A stretch of 64,000 nt of DNA. Source: Ptychomitrium polyphyllum (Eukaryota). Shown piece after piece: positions 48,747 through 62,985 of the stretch; the first letter of the stretch is position 1; every line of letters starts with the position of its first letter. The stretch is taken from the NCBI GenBank assembly GCA_973851085.1, contig OZ316776.1:9424001-9488000 (forward strand). The letters are read 5' to 3'. Below the pieces are notes generated by a model, which had not been told where the DNA came from, did not search any database, and worked only from the letters and a program-made list of their open reading frames with translations. Made by a program: the position numbers and the translations under genes.

Positions 48747-51700
48747 ATGGGGATCGTAGAGAGGATTAAGGAGATTGAGTTCGAGATGGCTCGAACTCAG
48801 AAGAATAAAGCGACAGGTGCGCTTGATTCCTATCGTGTCAATGGACGGTGGGATAATTTGGAACTGATATCGCAGTGACTGTTCTCCTTTTAGGGTAAGG
48901 TGAGGGAGGGTAGTTCATCAGGAAGGGTTCACATGAGCTGTGAAGCTAGGTCTCGTATCGATTGTGGGCATGGCTCGAGAATCGCGTCAGGAGTTTTTGT
49001 AACAACCCCTTCCAACGTCATCGTTAGCTGTCATACGTTTTTCTGTCTCCAGCTCAGTTTGCATTTTGGGTGCTTACAATGAGAGCATCGGTGAGTTTAA
49101 TGTGGTTCGTCGTATATCGAACTTTAAGCAGGAACGATGTCTCACTAACCGACACTTTGGAGAACGGTCTCCTGCAGTGTGCTTCATTTTGTCAATATGA
49201 TAGATCATGCGAAGCATCGTCTTGATAAGTTTTGACCTATTTTGACGAAGAAGTGAGCGTAGAAATGTAATTTGGGGGGATGAGAGGCGCTGATTTGAGA
49301 TATTTGTTTACAGAGTATCATCTGGGGCAGCTGAAAGCTAAAATCGCCAAGCTCAGGACTCAGTTGCTGGAACCACCGAAGGTTTCAATTCTACCTACTT
49401 GTATTCTGCATGTCGTATCTGGGGTTTGTCCAGTTCTCTCGGTGTCTGGACGAAGTGCACTTCTGAAAAGAATTTTTGGAGGAAGCAATTCTAAAGTTGA
49501 ATATTTCTCATATTTTGTGTACATCTTGATCTGTAGGGTGCAAGTCAAGCTGGAGATGGGTTTGAGGTTACAAAATTTGGCCATGGGCGATGTGCTCTCA
49601 TTGGTTTTCCAAGGTTTACTTCTCAACATTGTCCGTTTTTAGTTGAGTTTAGTATTGACTTCAGCAAAGTAACATCATATGTCCTATAAGTCAATCGCTT
49701 CAATCCATTTTTATCACCAATAGACTTCACTTGTACTCAGACATCGTTACTGGATTTGCAGTGTGGGAAAATCGACATTGTTGACTCTTCTAACTGGCAC
49801 ACAATCAGAGGCTGCTGCATACGAGTTTACGACTCTGACTTGCATTCCTGGTATCATACATTATAACGATGCCAAGATTCAGCTTCTTGATCTTCCTGGT
49901 ATTATCGAAGGTGCTTCCGAAGGAAAAGGTCGTGGGCGGCAGGCATGTACATGGACCGTGACTTTAAATGGCTTCTTTCATATTTGTGACTTGGTGAATA
50001 TTTCCTTGGTCAGTCATTAGTCACAAGCAATTACACTACAGAATTCATCATGCCTGAAATCTGGCTACGCGAGTGTTCTTTTTAAACATTTGACTTCACG
50101 AGCTGATGGATTGACAGTGACGTTTCTTGGGATATTTATACGATGATTTGTAGGTTATTGCTGTGGCGAAATCTTCTGATGTTGTGTTGATGGTTCTTGA
50201 TGCTTCTAAGGTACATACGCACGACCTCTAGTCTTAGTGAGAATGATTGCTTATACTGTATGTGCTTATACTTAATATTTCGACATAAGGATTGACTTTC
50301 AGGCTTGTTAGGTAATCGGGATGGTGAGAGTAGAAACTGGTACATTTTAGAATCACTCAAATTAGTGGCTATGGTGTGTAGAAATTTAGAAATAATTTTC
50401 TTAGCTTCGTGTTGTACTTTCTTCAGTCAAGTTCCAGTGTTTGGACGTATTTAAATTCTCTAGTCCTCCTTTCTCTGTTTTCTGATTTTTTAGAATGATC
50501 CTCTCATGCCAGCTGCAAGTGGGTCCTTACAAAATTCACTGGTACAGGCAAGCAGTCGTAATATAACTGTTTATTTGTTGCTACAGAGTGAAGGTCATAG
50601 GCAGATTTTGACGAGGGAATTGGAAGCTGTAGGACTACGTCTCAACAAGAGACCCCCTCAGGTTTGTCAAGCAGCTCTTCTAATCATTTATGTCCTTCAA
50701 AGAGCTTCCTGAAGTTCAGTATTTGTAGGTCAGAGATTAATGTTGCTCCAATGCCTGGTCATTGGAAGCAGGGTTGGCTCGTCAGAGACGTTTATGATTA
50801 GTAAATTCTCCTGTAAAAGGAGACGATTTCTATAAGCTCACCTGTTCATTAATTCTTTTCCTGTTTGAGTTATAGATCAAATGGCAGTGGCTTGTGGGAT
50901 TAAAACATCTGTAATCAGAGTTGGTCATGCTTGCTTTTCATAGATCTACTTCAAGAGGAAGAAAACTGGAGGGATTTCTTTCAACAGTACAATGCAGTTG
51001 ACGCATGTGGATGAGAAGCTTTGCTATCAAATTTTGCACGAATACAAAATTCACAACGCTGAGGTAGTTTTAGTCATTGAATTGAATTGCATGAGTTTTG
51101 TGACCTTTGCGGATTCTGTGAGATGCCTAAATTTCAGGACATGGCGAATGAATAATGCACGATGTTGATTCGGGATAATGTTGTTGAAATTTTGATACTC
51201 CTGCCCATCTATGGCAACATTTATGACACGTTTGAAGAATTATACACACTGCTAGGATCAGTTTGAAGTCTTATGGTTAGTATTGTATTTGTATTTGATA
51301 ACTTAGTGCTCATCTTATAAGTTTTGTGCTTTATTAAAAACTAAATGATGTAGCTATTTGCTGCACTCAAGATCTCTCACTGCAGGCTATTGTCGTAAAT
51401 GTGATAGCATTTTGCTGCATGTGCTCTTGTAACTAAGTTAATTCTGAAATTGCAGGTGCTCTTTAGGGAGGATGCGACGGTGGATGATCTGATTGATGTG
51501 ATTGAAGGAAATCGAAAGTACATCAAATGTGTATACGTGTACAACAAGATTGACGTGGTTGGTATTGACGATGTCGATCACCTAGCTCGTCAACCTAATT
51601 CAATCGTCATCAGTTGTAATCTTCAGGTGATAACCAATTACCACCTGTATTTCATGATGTTTTAAGTACTGATCAGATGAATTCAGACCATGTTAATTTT

Positions 51701-52683
51701 TTATCAGTTGTGAAGAGAGATAATTGGATTCGGCAGGGTGTATTTAACTTAGTGCAAGGTTTGCTGTCAATGAGAGTCATCGTCTCACATTAATGATTGT
51801 ACTATCTCTGGCTGTGTGTAGCTCAACCTAGACAGATTACTGGCCAGAATGTGGGATGAAATGGGACTTGTCCGTGTATATACCAAACCTCAAGGCCAAC
51901 AACCCGATTTCTCAGAACCGGTTGTTTTGTCCACTGTAAGAATCACTCCAGCTGCACTCTGTCTGCTACTTAGGTTATTTGTTGCTTGTTATTTTCTTTT
52001 AAGCAGAGATGTGAATGCTATTAGAGTAACACTGAGTTGTACTTCGAGGAGTGAGGTATTATGGACAAGAAAAGAAAGAAAGAGATCTTTCTTAGACCTC
52101 TCTTGTGTATTATTGGCATTCTTAAACTCATCAGTGATTGAACGTGCTGTACTGGAAGCTTCCTTTTCGTTATTGGCAACTTTAGAAGGATGTCCCAGGT
52201 TTTTTATATTCTTGGTTTCGTGATTATGTTGTTGTACAATGTTGAATCTAAATTTCTGTTCTGACTGCAGGATAGAGGAGGTTGCTCTGTGGAAGATTTT
52301 TGTAATCACATTCATCGCAGTTTACTGAAAGATATCAAGTACGTCCTTGTGTGGGGCACAAGCGCTAAGCATTACCCACAACGATGTGGCACACAACATA
52401 TCCTTCAGGATGAAGATGTTGTTCAGATTGTGAAGAAGAAGGTATTTACAGTTCTCTCGTCTGTGAATTGGGAAACATGATTACTTGCATTCTAAGTCAG
52501 CCACATTATTTGATGAGCCTTGTGAACTGTTTCTGTATCCGTGTTGCTGATGTTTATTTATTTCTGTTTGTGACCCATTTGCAGGAAGTGGAAGGAGAGG
52601 GTGGAAGAGGGCGCTTCAAGTCGCATACAACAGGTCCTGTGCGAATTGCGGATAGAGAGAAGAAGGCGCCTCTGAAACAGTAG
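48747..52683 (+). CDS. DRG: Developmentally regulated GTP-binding protein (DRG2-type OBG-family GTPase with TGS domain)
   Basis: [34 protein letters not shown]1 GFPSVGKS, YEFTTLT, G3 DLPG, G4 NKID, TGS segment [16 protein letters not shown], end [12 protein letters not shown]. One intron (49943-50153) needs a GC donor. Confidence 0.97.
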
Positions 52684-54406
52684 TTATTCAGGTTTATTTA
52701 TGTTCAGTGGGTTTTAGTCTACATTTACTTCTTTGAAGAGAGAGGATGATGTGTAACGTTATCTGCCTGTCTAGTTATGATCGACGCCTGTTGCAGTTTT
52801 ACAGCTCAGAGTTCCTGTATTGTGAATTCAAATTTATCGATAGTTTATGTGAAGGTTGTAGTTATCAACTTGCAGCTGACACTGTTCAGCTTTCTAGTAG
52901 GGAATAGAGGAAAATCCAGAATTCTTTGTCCCTATTTTATATCATAGATATCATGAACAAGAGAACTTGGTGTTGTTCACTTCATTGTGGCTCTTGTTTC
53001 AAAAATGCATGTTTATGACACTCTTCTTGGCCGACAGGAGGTAAGTCATCAAACATATGAAAATTTGAACAAGTTTATACAGCAATGGTATGCAACAATC
53101 TCAGCTAGCCATTGTTGAATAGATTTTCCTATCTGTGTTCTTTTTAATGTTGAAGTCCTTGCAGTCACAAACTTTACTTTGTAAGAGCGCATTTTCTTTC
53201 CTACTCAATGATTTAAAGCTCAAGGAAATTTGTGACTGAAATTAATTCTTTAGTACTAAGGATGCATCCAGTAGGTACTAATGGAGCTGAAGTATTTCAT
53301 TGTTAAGTTCGGAGATTTTTGTTGACCTGATGACAATGATACATACTCCAGCAACTTTATACTACAGGATGGAGCAATCATACCGTATTTGTTGAAACGA
53401 GCAAATCCGTCTTCACCCCTTCACACTATGCTGGATAGATGAGCACCTATAATACTTAGTAGAAGCTTGGATGACAGCAAATTAGGCCGTAGCCAAAACC
53501 TTGAACTTTGGTGCACTCAAATAGATGCACTCAGCTTTTGGGCACCAAGATCAAAGTGGATCTACCTCACAATCATCCAATTAGAACAAATTCAGAAGTT
53601 CAAAATGGCTTCTCAGCTTTCAATACCAGAATCTAATGTCAAGTCATGATCATGATTGTGCGGATTAGTGGGGTTTTCTATGCAGCCTATTGCAAATGAG
53701 GCCCCACAGTCTAACAGACATTCTTACACAATAGAAAAGCTTTGAAAGTAAATGTTGCACTTGGTAACCACCTGTAACCTATGAACAACTGTCTTTGCAA
53801 AGCCACGCCTATGATTCAGCATCTCCATGCAATTCAACATCAGTGCGGTTCTGTTCAACAAGTTTTTTGACAGAGGCTCAACACCATGGATTGAAACACC
53901 GTATCTTTACAATCACAAAAAGTTGGAAATCCAAAAACGAAACATATCCTTCATGCAACATCCATGTACAAAGTTTCAACTAAATAGCAAAGTCCTTCCC
54001 TTAATATGTAACATTAGTTTTCCCAACCCCAACCTGACGACAGTACTTGAAAATTGTCATTGCTCTAGACTGATCTTCTACTTCCTTCACACAGCACAGG
54101 TGACGATTCCGAACTCAAATCCCAGTAGAGAAAGCCTTCGTCTCTCTCAAACTTGAAGGAATGTCAACGCTCACTATACCACTAAATAATTAGAAACCTC
54201 TAGCTTACACTACCTGCTTCCCGTCTCTGCGTATCGCCATCGCCTGGGTGCTTAATTCGAGTTGATATCGTTTGTCTTCCAGATCCTAACTAGTGCAAAA
54301 CTTCCCGCAGCAGTCTCGCGGTCAAGTGTCCGAGCATCTGAGCAGTCTCAGTTGGATCAGAAAGTACAGCAATTACATTTGCAGTGGCGGAGAGCGGCGA
54401 TGGTGC

Positions 54407-56286
54407 TCAGTAGTAGTAGTACCGGGTGTAGTCTTGGCCGAGGACGAACGTGACCGGGTAAAGATCTTCCTGCGGTGGAGGAGGTGCAGCTTTCTTCGCA
54501 TCCTTCGGCTTCTTCTCTTCCTTCGGCTTCTCCTCTTTCTTCTCTTTTTTCTTCTCCTCTTTTTTCTCTTCCTTCTTCTCTTCCTTCTTCTCCTCTTTCT
54601 TTTCTTCCTTCTTCTCTTCTGCTTTTGGAGCTGCGTTCCCACCTCCACCTTTCTTCTTCTTCTTGCCGCCACCACCACCTCCGCCCCCACCTCCTCCTTC
54701 TTTCGGTTTGTCCTGGGAGCAATTTGGACTAGTTACTTACAGGTTTCTAGAGGCAGAAACAAGAGAGATACAGTATCAAGAGTTAACCATCAAAGTGCTG
54801 GTTAATACAATCGTTAGAAATGGATCTTGTCTTTCTAAAAGGTAGGTGGCGCTATTAAGAGAGCAAATGGAATGCGTAGAAGTGGATCATAAAAATAATT
54901 GAAGAGATGTGAAGAAATAAACGAAATTTGTAGATATTTGGTTCAGAAGCGTGGAGTTCATTCCTCCTTCACCTCTTTCTTTTCTTCTTTCTTCTCTTCC
55001 TTCTTCTCCTCCTTCTTTTCTTCCTTCTTATCTTCCTTCTTCTCCTCTTTCTTCACTTCTTTCTTCTCTTCCTTCTTATCCTCTTTCTTCTTCTCCTCTT
55101 TCTTGGCAGGCGGTGGAAGTGGAGGCACAATCTCCGTCTGTTTGCCTGTCTTCCTGATGCGCCTGTACACTTCGTCTGCTCTTACGTTTCCAGTGACGGT
55201 GACAAGCTGTCCCGGAAAGTCTACTTTATACGACGTAACCCCTGTTGAAGCATCTATCACCCTGTGAACATGAATGCAAGATTCTTGTGCTAGATGTTAA
55301 CATCAACAGAAACTCATGTTGTGAATCACGGGTGTTTGGATACGAGAAAGAAGTGGACAAGCTCCTACCAGGAATCTTAGTGCATGCTCTCTTCACCGCG
55401 TGTGCACAGCCTTCGCAGTGCATCATCACCCGAAGGACCACCGTCTCCTCTGGTAGTTTCTGCACCGGCAAAATTTGCATCCAGGGTGAGAGGTCAGCAT
55501 TTACATGTCACATTGACTCCAGAAATTAGAGAACTGCTTTCGGAGGTACAAGACAGCGACAGTTACAAACAGGACATTAATTTTCCATATTACTTACAGT
55601 TTCCGGATCCATACAACATTCAAAATTTAGAAAATCTAATTTGGCATTTCTTAATATGCTGTGAACATGTTCTTACTCAGAAATCTTCAATAGTCTACGT
55701 GAAAAAAGCTTGCTGTGAGGATTGGCCTACTGAGTGGAAACAGAAAGCCGCTTGCCATATACTTGTAGCAATAGAACAGAAGGCAGGGGAGGCAATTTTA
55801 ATTTTGGGCTTCCTAGTACTTCTATATCAAAGATTTATAACTTCGCTGGCACGCCCACTTTGAGCAGCAAACTTCCAGCGGCATACGGATTGCGGATGTT
55901 ATCCTCGTTCTAGTGACTAGAAACTTGATAAGACAAATCATTGATTAACTGTCAGCATTGGAGCTCTGAGGAGGGGTAGAATTGCCTCTTGGAAACAACG
56001 GATATCCAGTAGAATAGAAGGTGAGGAGCTTTGGAGGAAGCACAGTGTGCATGAGCACCTAGATGTGAACATATTTGTCTTCCGGACTAATAATCCTTAT
56101 CAGATTGCTTGTATTCCAGGCTACTAGTGCATATTTGAACCACCTTCAGCTATTCTCGCTACGCAAAAGACACCGATCACACCACCCACACGCATATATG
56201 ATTATAAATTTTTTATAAGTAATCATAGCATTAGAAACCAAGAGCAGGATGGCGGGTCGAGAGTCGAATATTAGTACCTCAGGCAT
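54407..56286 (-). CDS. Heavy-metal-associated (HMA) domain protein with long KEEK repeats and poly-Gly; no CaaX in the spliced frame (HPP-like); 4 exons
   Basis: Exon 56286-56278 encodes MPE. Exon 55459-55369 encodes VVLRVMMHCEGCA (CxxC metal site). Exon 55241-54973 encodes VDFPGQLVTVTG...KKEE repeats. Exon 54712-54407 encodes DKPKEGGGG...EEKK...QEDLYPVTFVLGQDYTRYYYY*. Confidence 0.85.
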
Positions 56287-59049
56287 CTCGTCAGATTAGT
56301 AAACTCTGCTGCTTCACCACGACGCCGCAACAAGACTAACCTCAGGAGCTCATCAACCTTTGCTACAATGAAGAGTCCCTAAACCGCCTTCTCCAGTACG
56401 CTGTGCTTTGCACTAGGCAGGGACCCAACACTGATAGAGACAGAAACTGAAAAGGAACCCCTCTTGCTCCCTAATCTGTCTGAGAGCAATATGCAAGGAA
56501 CCAAACCCAAGAGAAGGCCAAATTGGAGTCGACGAGGTACACCATTTATCTCCTAAAGCTGTCGTTATGTCGCATTAAAGCATTAAATAAGAAGGCTGGT
56601 CTCGCTTGACCCTTTCTGGTTCCACATGGTGGCTGCTCATGAAATTATATCACACTTTGTCTACTTTACTAGGGAATACATCATTTGCAACTGGGCCAGT
56701 CACAAGTGGAGTTACGACAGTTGTAGGCCACGTCAACAATGACTAAGTCTTTGTTTGAGTGATGACGCTTCTGTTCCAGCTCCTGAAGTGTGCTTGAATC
56801 ATGGACACGGTAAGAGTCTATACACACCTCTCTATGCTAGTACAGTAAATTCGCGACGCCAACGTTTCTTAGTAAAGTCGGTTGAATAATAGCCAGTGGA
56901 GTGTTTTAATCGTGGCTCTATCCTTAAACGGAATTTTCTGTTACCGATTATCAGTGTGGTCACCACCATCACCGAGTATGGAGACGACTCGTCATCAGCT
57001 AGAAAGGTGGATGTAAGTTAATCCTCTTCAAAGATTACGTTAGAGGTCTGCGTATTGCTGATATATTTGAAAGGCTTTCACTTGACTGTACGAAAGATTG
57101 AATATAACAATTGCAGAAGGAACAAATAAACTTGTCTTGTAAAAAAGTAGAAGCAGCAGCAGCTACGAGTCTCCAACCTGTATGCGTTGGATATTTCTGG
57201 AAACTGTGCTCCGAGTTTCCAGCTCAGTTCATCAGATTTCACTCGATATGTTTTGTCTTTTTAATACTCTTGTGCGGGAATCCTCAATCCCTGATTGTTA
57301 GGTAGATGACCACTATCACTGAGCGTGTAGAGATGTGAGGACTTATCATAGCCACTAGCCAGTGGTAAGCTCGTGCACTGCACTGTAAGTTACTTTCCTT
57401 TCAAATATCACCTGTTACTTACTTCCGTGTTGCAAGTTACTGTATGGAACTTGCTCATAATTATGACAGTTGCATAAAGGAAAAAAACAAAACCGTCGTA
57501 CCAAAAAGTAGGCTCTTCAGTAACAACTATTTCGATCTTTTTATGTTTGATACTTACTAAAACTGATTCTATTCGACTCAAAAGTATTATATAATTTACT
57601 CTCTTTCTTATTTACTGTAACTTTATGTTAGGAAGTTTTATTGCAAGGGAAAGCAAAATTGCATTCACATAATTTAAGGCATGTAGGCACTTCCATAACA
57701 TTCAGTGATCTTCTCAACACACTCTCAAAAGGAATTATTCCATCATTCAAAGGTACCATTCCAAAAACAAAATCTTGTTTCACTAAAGATTGAAGAAACT
57801 TGTATACCAAGTCACCAACCTAGACTCATGCCTTCATTTTGTCGACCATCACTTGTCTTTGCTATCATTTAGTGTTGGTTTTCCTCATTCCAAAGTGAGT
57901 GGATTGCTTTAACTAGTGAAGAATGTCATGTCACGCCTTGAACAAAGTTTGAGGTGTCATATACTTCTCTTGAAACTATTATCACCAATTTTAGAGAATC
58001 AGAACATATCTAGATTGGCATGGTAAGACATTACATTTAAATTTGAACTCCAGATAATTAAATGCCATAGTTGCATCATATATCCAACGTCTGTTAATCC
58101 AGTTTTCTGAAGATGCACATTACCATATTGACTGGCATACAAAATCATTGTATGCAATCTCGGTGAACATCCCAAGAAAATTCCAAGAAATGTTAGAGAA
58201 ACATTGGGCACCAATCAAAAGTGGTTGCTTGGGCTTGAGGCAATTAAGTTAGAGTTGTTAAGTTTGACAGAGTCAGTTGGTTTCCAGCATCTGTGCAGTG
58301 TTCTCATTGAAATGCTTCTGTAGCAGGTGTTTCTCAATCACTGTAACAGTCACAGTGGCCTAGACTGATTTCCTTTTAAAATCACCAGCTTGTACATTAG
58401 CAATAATGGATTCTTTCACAAGATTTTGTGACAAGTCTTGTGGCATGTAATGTCTGAAATTACCAGACATGGACAGAGACACCTTGTTGAATGGTCTTGC
58501 AACTTAACCTACAGCAACTTGTGTACAAAGCCTACAGACAAGGAAGAATCCATGACTTGGCTCACTTGGCTTTGGGATATGCAATGAACCAGGATGCTGT
58601 CAACTTTTCCCCTCCAAACTTTGTTACTGCAAACTTTCTCCTTTGGACGCACAACTTATTTGTCCAGCTTTGAGATCCATAGTCAATGATGACAGTTTCA
58701 AATTCTACCTGTGAGGTTTGTGGGGCCGAAGTGTGCAGCAGAGCAGTGGGCATGCATCCTCTCAGGAAAATAAAAACACAAGTAGCAGCATGAAAGTGGT
58801 GAGCAAGATGATTCTGGAAGCAAGGTTACCACAATAACTTACCTGTTTCCTTGGTTGATTTGATGTATGTGGGCCCAGTTTGATGCAAAGCCCACCTTAT
58901 AGGACATTGGGTCAAATGTGGATTTTCAAGGGCGGTTCATTGAGTTGGTTTCCACATATGTGAATGTGGTGAAAGGAAGTGTGCCACATTATACTTGTAG
59001 CTTCCAATTTGCTTGCTCAACTTTTGCTATAACATCAAATAATAGGTGT

Positions 59050-60200
59050 GTATCATTCATTATTTAGACTACCGTATGCAATGGTTAGATTTGGCACCTT
59101 TATGAAGAGTAAATTTTTTAAATCTTAGAATGTCATTTGATATATCAAATATTTTCTAGTATCTAATGTTTGTCTTGTCAAAAAATAATTTCTTGCTTTA
59201 TCTAGCATTTATAATTAAGAATCTTGTTTGTCTAACATGATCATTTGTATAAAGTATTTCTTGAACTTACAAGACATTAAAAAAAATATTTAATTCACAT
59301 GTATTTCTTAGCTATACAAGGTTATGATGTATTATTTCTTACAAATATTTGATTTTATTGACAAATTATTCCATGAATGATTTATAAATATTGCCTCCTA
59401 AATAACAATTTTCATGGCATTGGATGTCAATTGATAATAAATATCACTTTTAATGTATTACAATATAAGTATTATAATTATGGAGTTTTTGTTCAAAAGC
59501 TTGGATTCTTCTTTTGATTAATAATTGAAAATGGTAGCTACCTAGGGATAGAAATGTAGTACTTCACATTATGACATATAAACGCACAAAAAAGGTATAT
59601 TAAAGCCTTAATGCAAATGTTATATGTACAATGATTATGTGATTCAATGAAAAATTAAAAAAACATATAGCCATTTCCATCCCATGATGTAATATATAGG
59701 TGGCTATATGCATTTTGAGTTTTTATTAAAAATTTGTTAAAATAGGCACTAAGTGAAAATTAAATTGGTATTGTTTATCATCTTCATGCATGCTTTGCCT
59801 ATTTTTCAACATTGAGATGTAATGTATTTGTAATGTATTTATTATATCATAAAAATAGAAATATTTTGAAGGATATTGTGATTAGATATGATTGAAGGTA
59901 AAGACATGAGAATTCATGAAATAAACACGACATTTGGCTTATGGGCATAATTAACAAGAATACATCAAATTTATTTGTTAACTTTGGTTTAAAAAAAGGC
60001 AGCATCAAACCATTTCTTTTGTGTCATTTTGACATGAAGCGTGATATCAAAACACATGTTTGTCATATCCCACATTAGTTCAAATGTCATCTTGACATCA
60101 AAGTAACATAGACTTTTTCAACTCACTTGCACTCATGATAAAAACACACATTTCAAATAAAAACAATCCAACCACTTGGTTAAAGCACATATTTTAATGT
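59050..60200. other. AT-rich island, probably decayed repeat
   Basis: Low GC, CpG-poor, no ORF. Confidence 0.4.
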
Positions 60201-60508
60201 ATTGCTCTTGAGTGACTTGCCCAGATTTTCAAAGAAACAGGATGAGTTTACAAATGACTCTCATAACTTTTACTGCTTAACATTTCAAGATCACCCACAG
60301 TTCAGTTCAAGCTTAAGGATAGTAGGATACCAGCAATGTTTGCTCAATAATCCACCCTGCCCAGTATCCCAGAGAAGGTACACTTTGATGACTTAGCCAG
60401 TTGTACTATGGTGGAGGGTGCAAATAATACTGAATTTTCAACAAGTTTGTCAACTTTGTCATGAGTACTCCCCCAACCTTCCTAGGCAAGAGCAAGAGAT
60501 TGGGGAAG

Positions 60509-61162
60509 TCAGACTAGGGGGTGGTGGCCCTGCATAGGGGCAGCTAGGGGATGTCTTTGGTGCCCATGTTGATGCCCAAGCCTGTCCACTTTTGAGTTCT
60601 TCATACTCATATTCCAACGTTTGAATTGATCCTTATAATGTTCCTGCTCTCCAAGAACACAAAACTCACTTGATGTGTGTTCCATTGGCCCTGAAGCCTT
60701 TTCAAAGACTATAGATGTGATGCAGTTTCTGCCAGACCAGTTCTTTCTGCCATTTTTTCTAAAAACCAACACCAGTTGAAAGCTATGTGTAGTGTCATGC
60801 AAGAGCCGGGTGCAGGGTTTTCAAAGCCTCACTCTTTGAGTAGCTGCATTGATGTGCACAAGGAGAACTCCAGTCCTTTTGAACGGCCCTGTGGAGTGAG
60901 ACACGAACAATATGTAACTATCAATATGCAGCCATCCGCAGAACAAGCACCTAAAATTGTTTATGACTTCTTGTAAGTTATTACAGAGGCTCTTCCATTC
61001 TCTGTCAGGTACTGCAGTTGCAAGAAGCTGACGGAAACAAGGGGGCTGGGGGATGTTTGTGGGGTCATAGGTTGATTGATGGGCTATGTAATCCGTCATG
61101 AGCAGCACATGGAGAAAGTGAGTGCATCCATCATGCCTATTACGTGCAGCTCTACTTGTCAA
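60509..61162 (-). pseudogene. Possible decayed coding fragment of unknown family
   Basis: Track ORFs 60821-61162 and 60509-60802 are in the same frame and separated by a single TGA, giving ~218 codons with one internal stop in CpG-poor DNA. No domain recognised. Confidence 0.3.
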
Positions 61163-62985
61163 TCAGTATAACTTAGTTGATGAATCTCAAGAGAACACTT
61201 CCTTGTTTAAGTCATTGCAGGAATCTGCACTCCATTCCTTTCACAATGGGCATTGAGCCCCGCAATCTGTACAGAATGATGGAAGGCTCCAGTGTACTGT
61301 GGTTTCACCTGATATCATGGATGAAAGATTCCATCAATCATTAGCATTACTGTGAATGGACTGAGAAATTCTAAACCCTACGTTGTTTTGGTTCATTAGT
61401 GTTGGTTATACTACCATAATAACTTAAAAATATAATAACTTTTTATGCTTAATGAATATGGATAATTCTACCAAGTATGAACAATACCAATATCTTTGTT
61501 CTTGGTAAGAACATTCATATAAAAATTTATAGCCTTGAGTAAATAGTTGGTGTAGGCCGTATTAATCAAAGTTTTAGTTTTCCCTTGCATCTGGACTCAT
61601 TTTTTGTACGATAAAAACCAATTTTAATTTTTTTGCACCATACGTACACATGAAATGCTCACAAATATCTCATCGTTTCCTACCATGGTGGCTCTTCAGA
61701 AAGTGTTCAACAGCAGACAATCACTCTCCCTTTGGTACTAAAATGTATATGGACCACAAAATAGAACTGAAAAATGAGGAAGAGGCGTCTGTATGAATTC
61801 TAGATTGTCCGATTATGGAGTTGGAAACAACTGACACTGATTAGAGCATTGGATGACAGTCAGTTGCTAGCAGCCCTGATCCGCACCTCATCAGTAGTGA
61901 TCACAAATGTGGTCACATTGCAGTTGGCTGTTGCTATGTGAGAACTCACTTACGTAACTCCTGAAAAGCTTCTGACTCTGCTTCTTGTTGTCAAAGCTTC
62001 TGAGGGGACTAGGAGGCAGATTAGACTAGTGATTCGGTGATGGGATTGCAAGATACTCATCACAAGCGAAAGCAGAAACTTTTCAGTCCAAGTTATGCCA
62101 ATGACTGCAGTGGTTGCGTCCAAGAATGACAAGTTATCTAACCTTGATTTCAGAGCAGTAGCGATGGTTCTCTCAACTATTGCTAAGGGAGCTCTAGTTG
62201 CGGCCTAGTCTGGTGATGATATGAGTCTATCAGTCTTATATTTGATCCTTGTAGATGCTGAGTGTTCGAGCACCAGAAGTGAACCAACCGAGATCGGTGA
62301 TTGAGATACTGACTGCTATTCCTTCACTGCTTCATATGTTTTGCTGCAATGTGCTGACCAAGAGATGTCTTGGTAGTAAATGTCCTGCAAATCCCAGTAT
62401 TTCATTTCCATACTTAACAAGAGATAAACCTTCAAATCGGTAGTGGTCCTGTTGGTTATAATGTCAATTAAAACGGTCATCAGTTGCATGGCACGTCTTG
62501 AATATATGAACCGTATCGTGCTTTTTCCATGATCCTCAGTGAAGGTACTCATTTCGGATCGGATGCTCAGTACGATATGGTACTTCTACCACAGGAGTGG
62601 CATCAAGTTCAGAGGCCCTATTCTGTTCTATCATTGGCCGGTTAGTTCAGAATCAAAAGCCCTAGGGACTCCAATGCCTAAATAACTTGGAAACTACAAT
62701 GTGCTTTAAAAGGAACAGTGTGCCTCGTTTTGAGAGACTCCATTTTGACGGTTGAGAAATTTGATCTAATCACTTACTTGTAGCAGTGGGTACAGTCGAA
62801 CTTGACAACCTCCGTAGTGGACGTGGATATGGTTTGTGATAACAGGTTGGCCTGTTATTCAAAATGCACAGAGGAAAAATCGGAATTAAATGACCTTGGA
62901 TAAATCACTGCCTAACCATCCATGTCAATCAAGTGCCAACGTCGCGACATTGAACATCAGCCCCTTCTCGATCATGCAATCTCTT

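Noticed and set aside
54293..55267. Plus-strand Phe/Ser/Leu-rich ORFs
   Set aside because: Antisense of the KEEK repeats in the HMA gene.
57628..58600. Single-frame minus-strand pseudogene
   Set aside because: Manual translation gave about 16 stops in ~324 codons, close to random expectation, with no recognisable motif.
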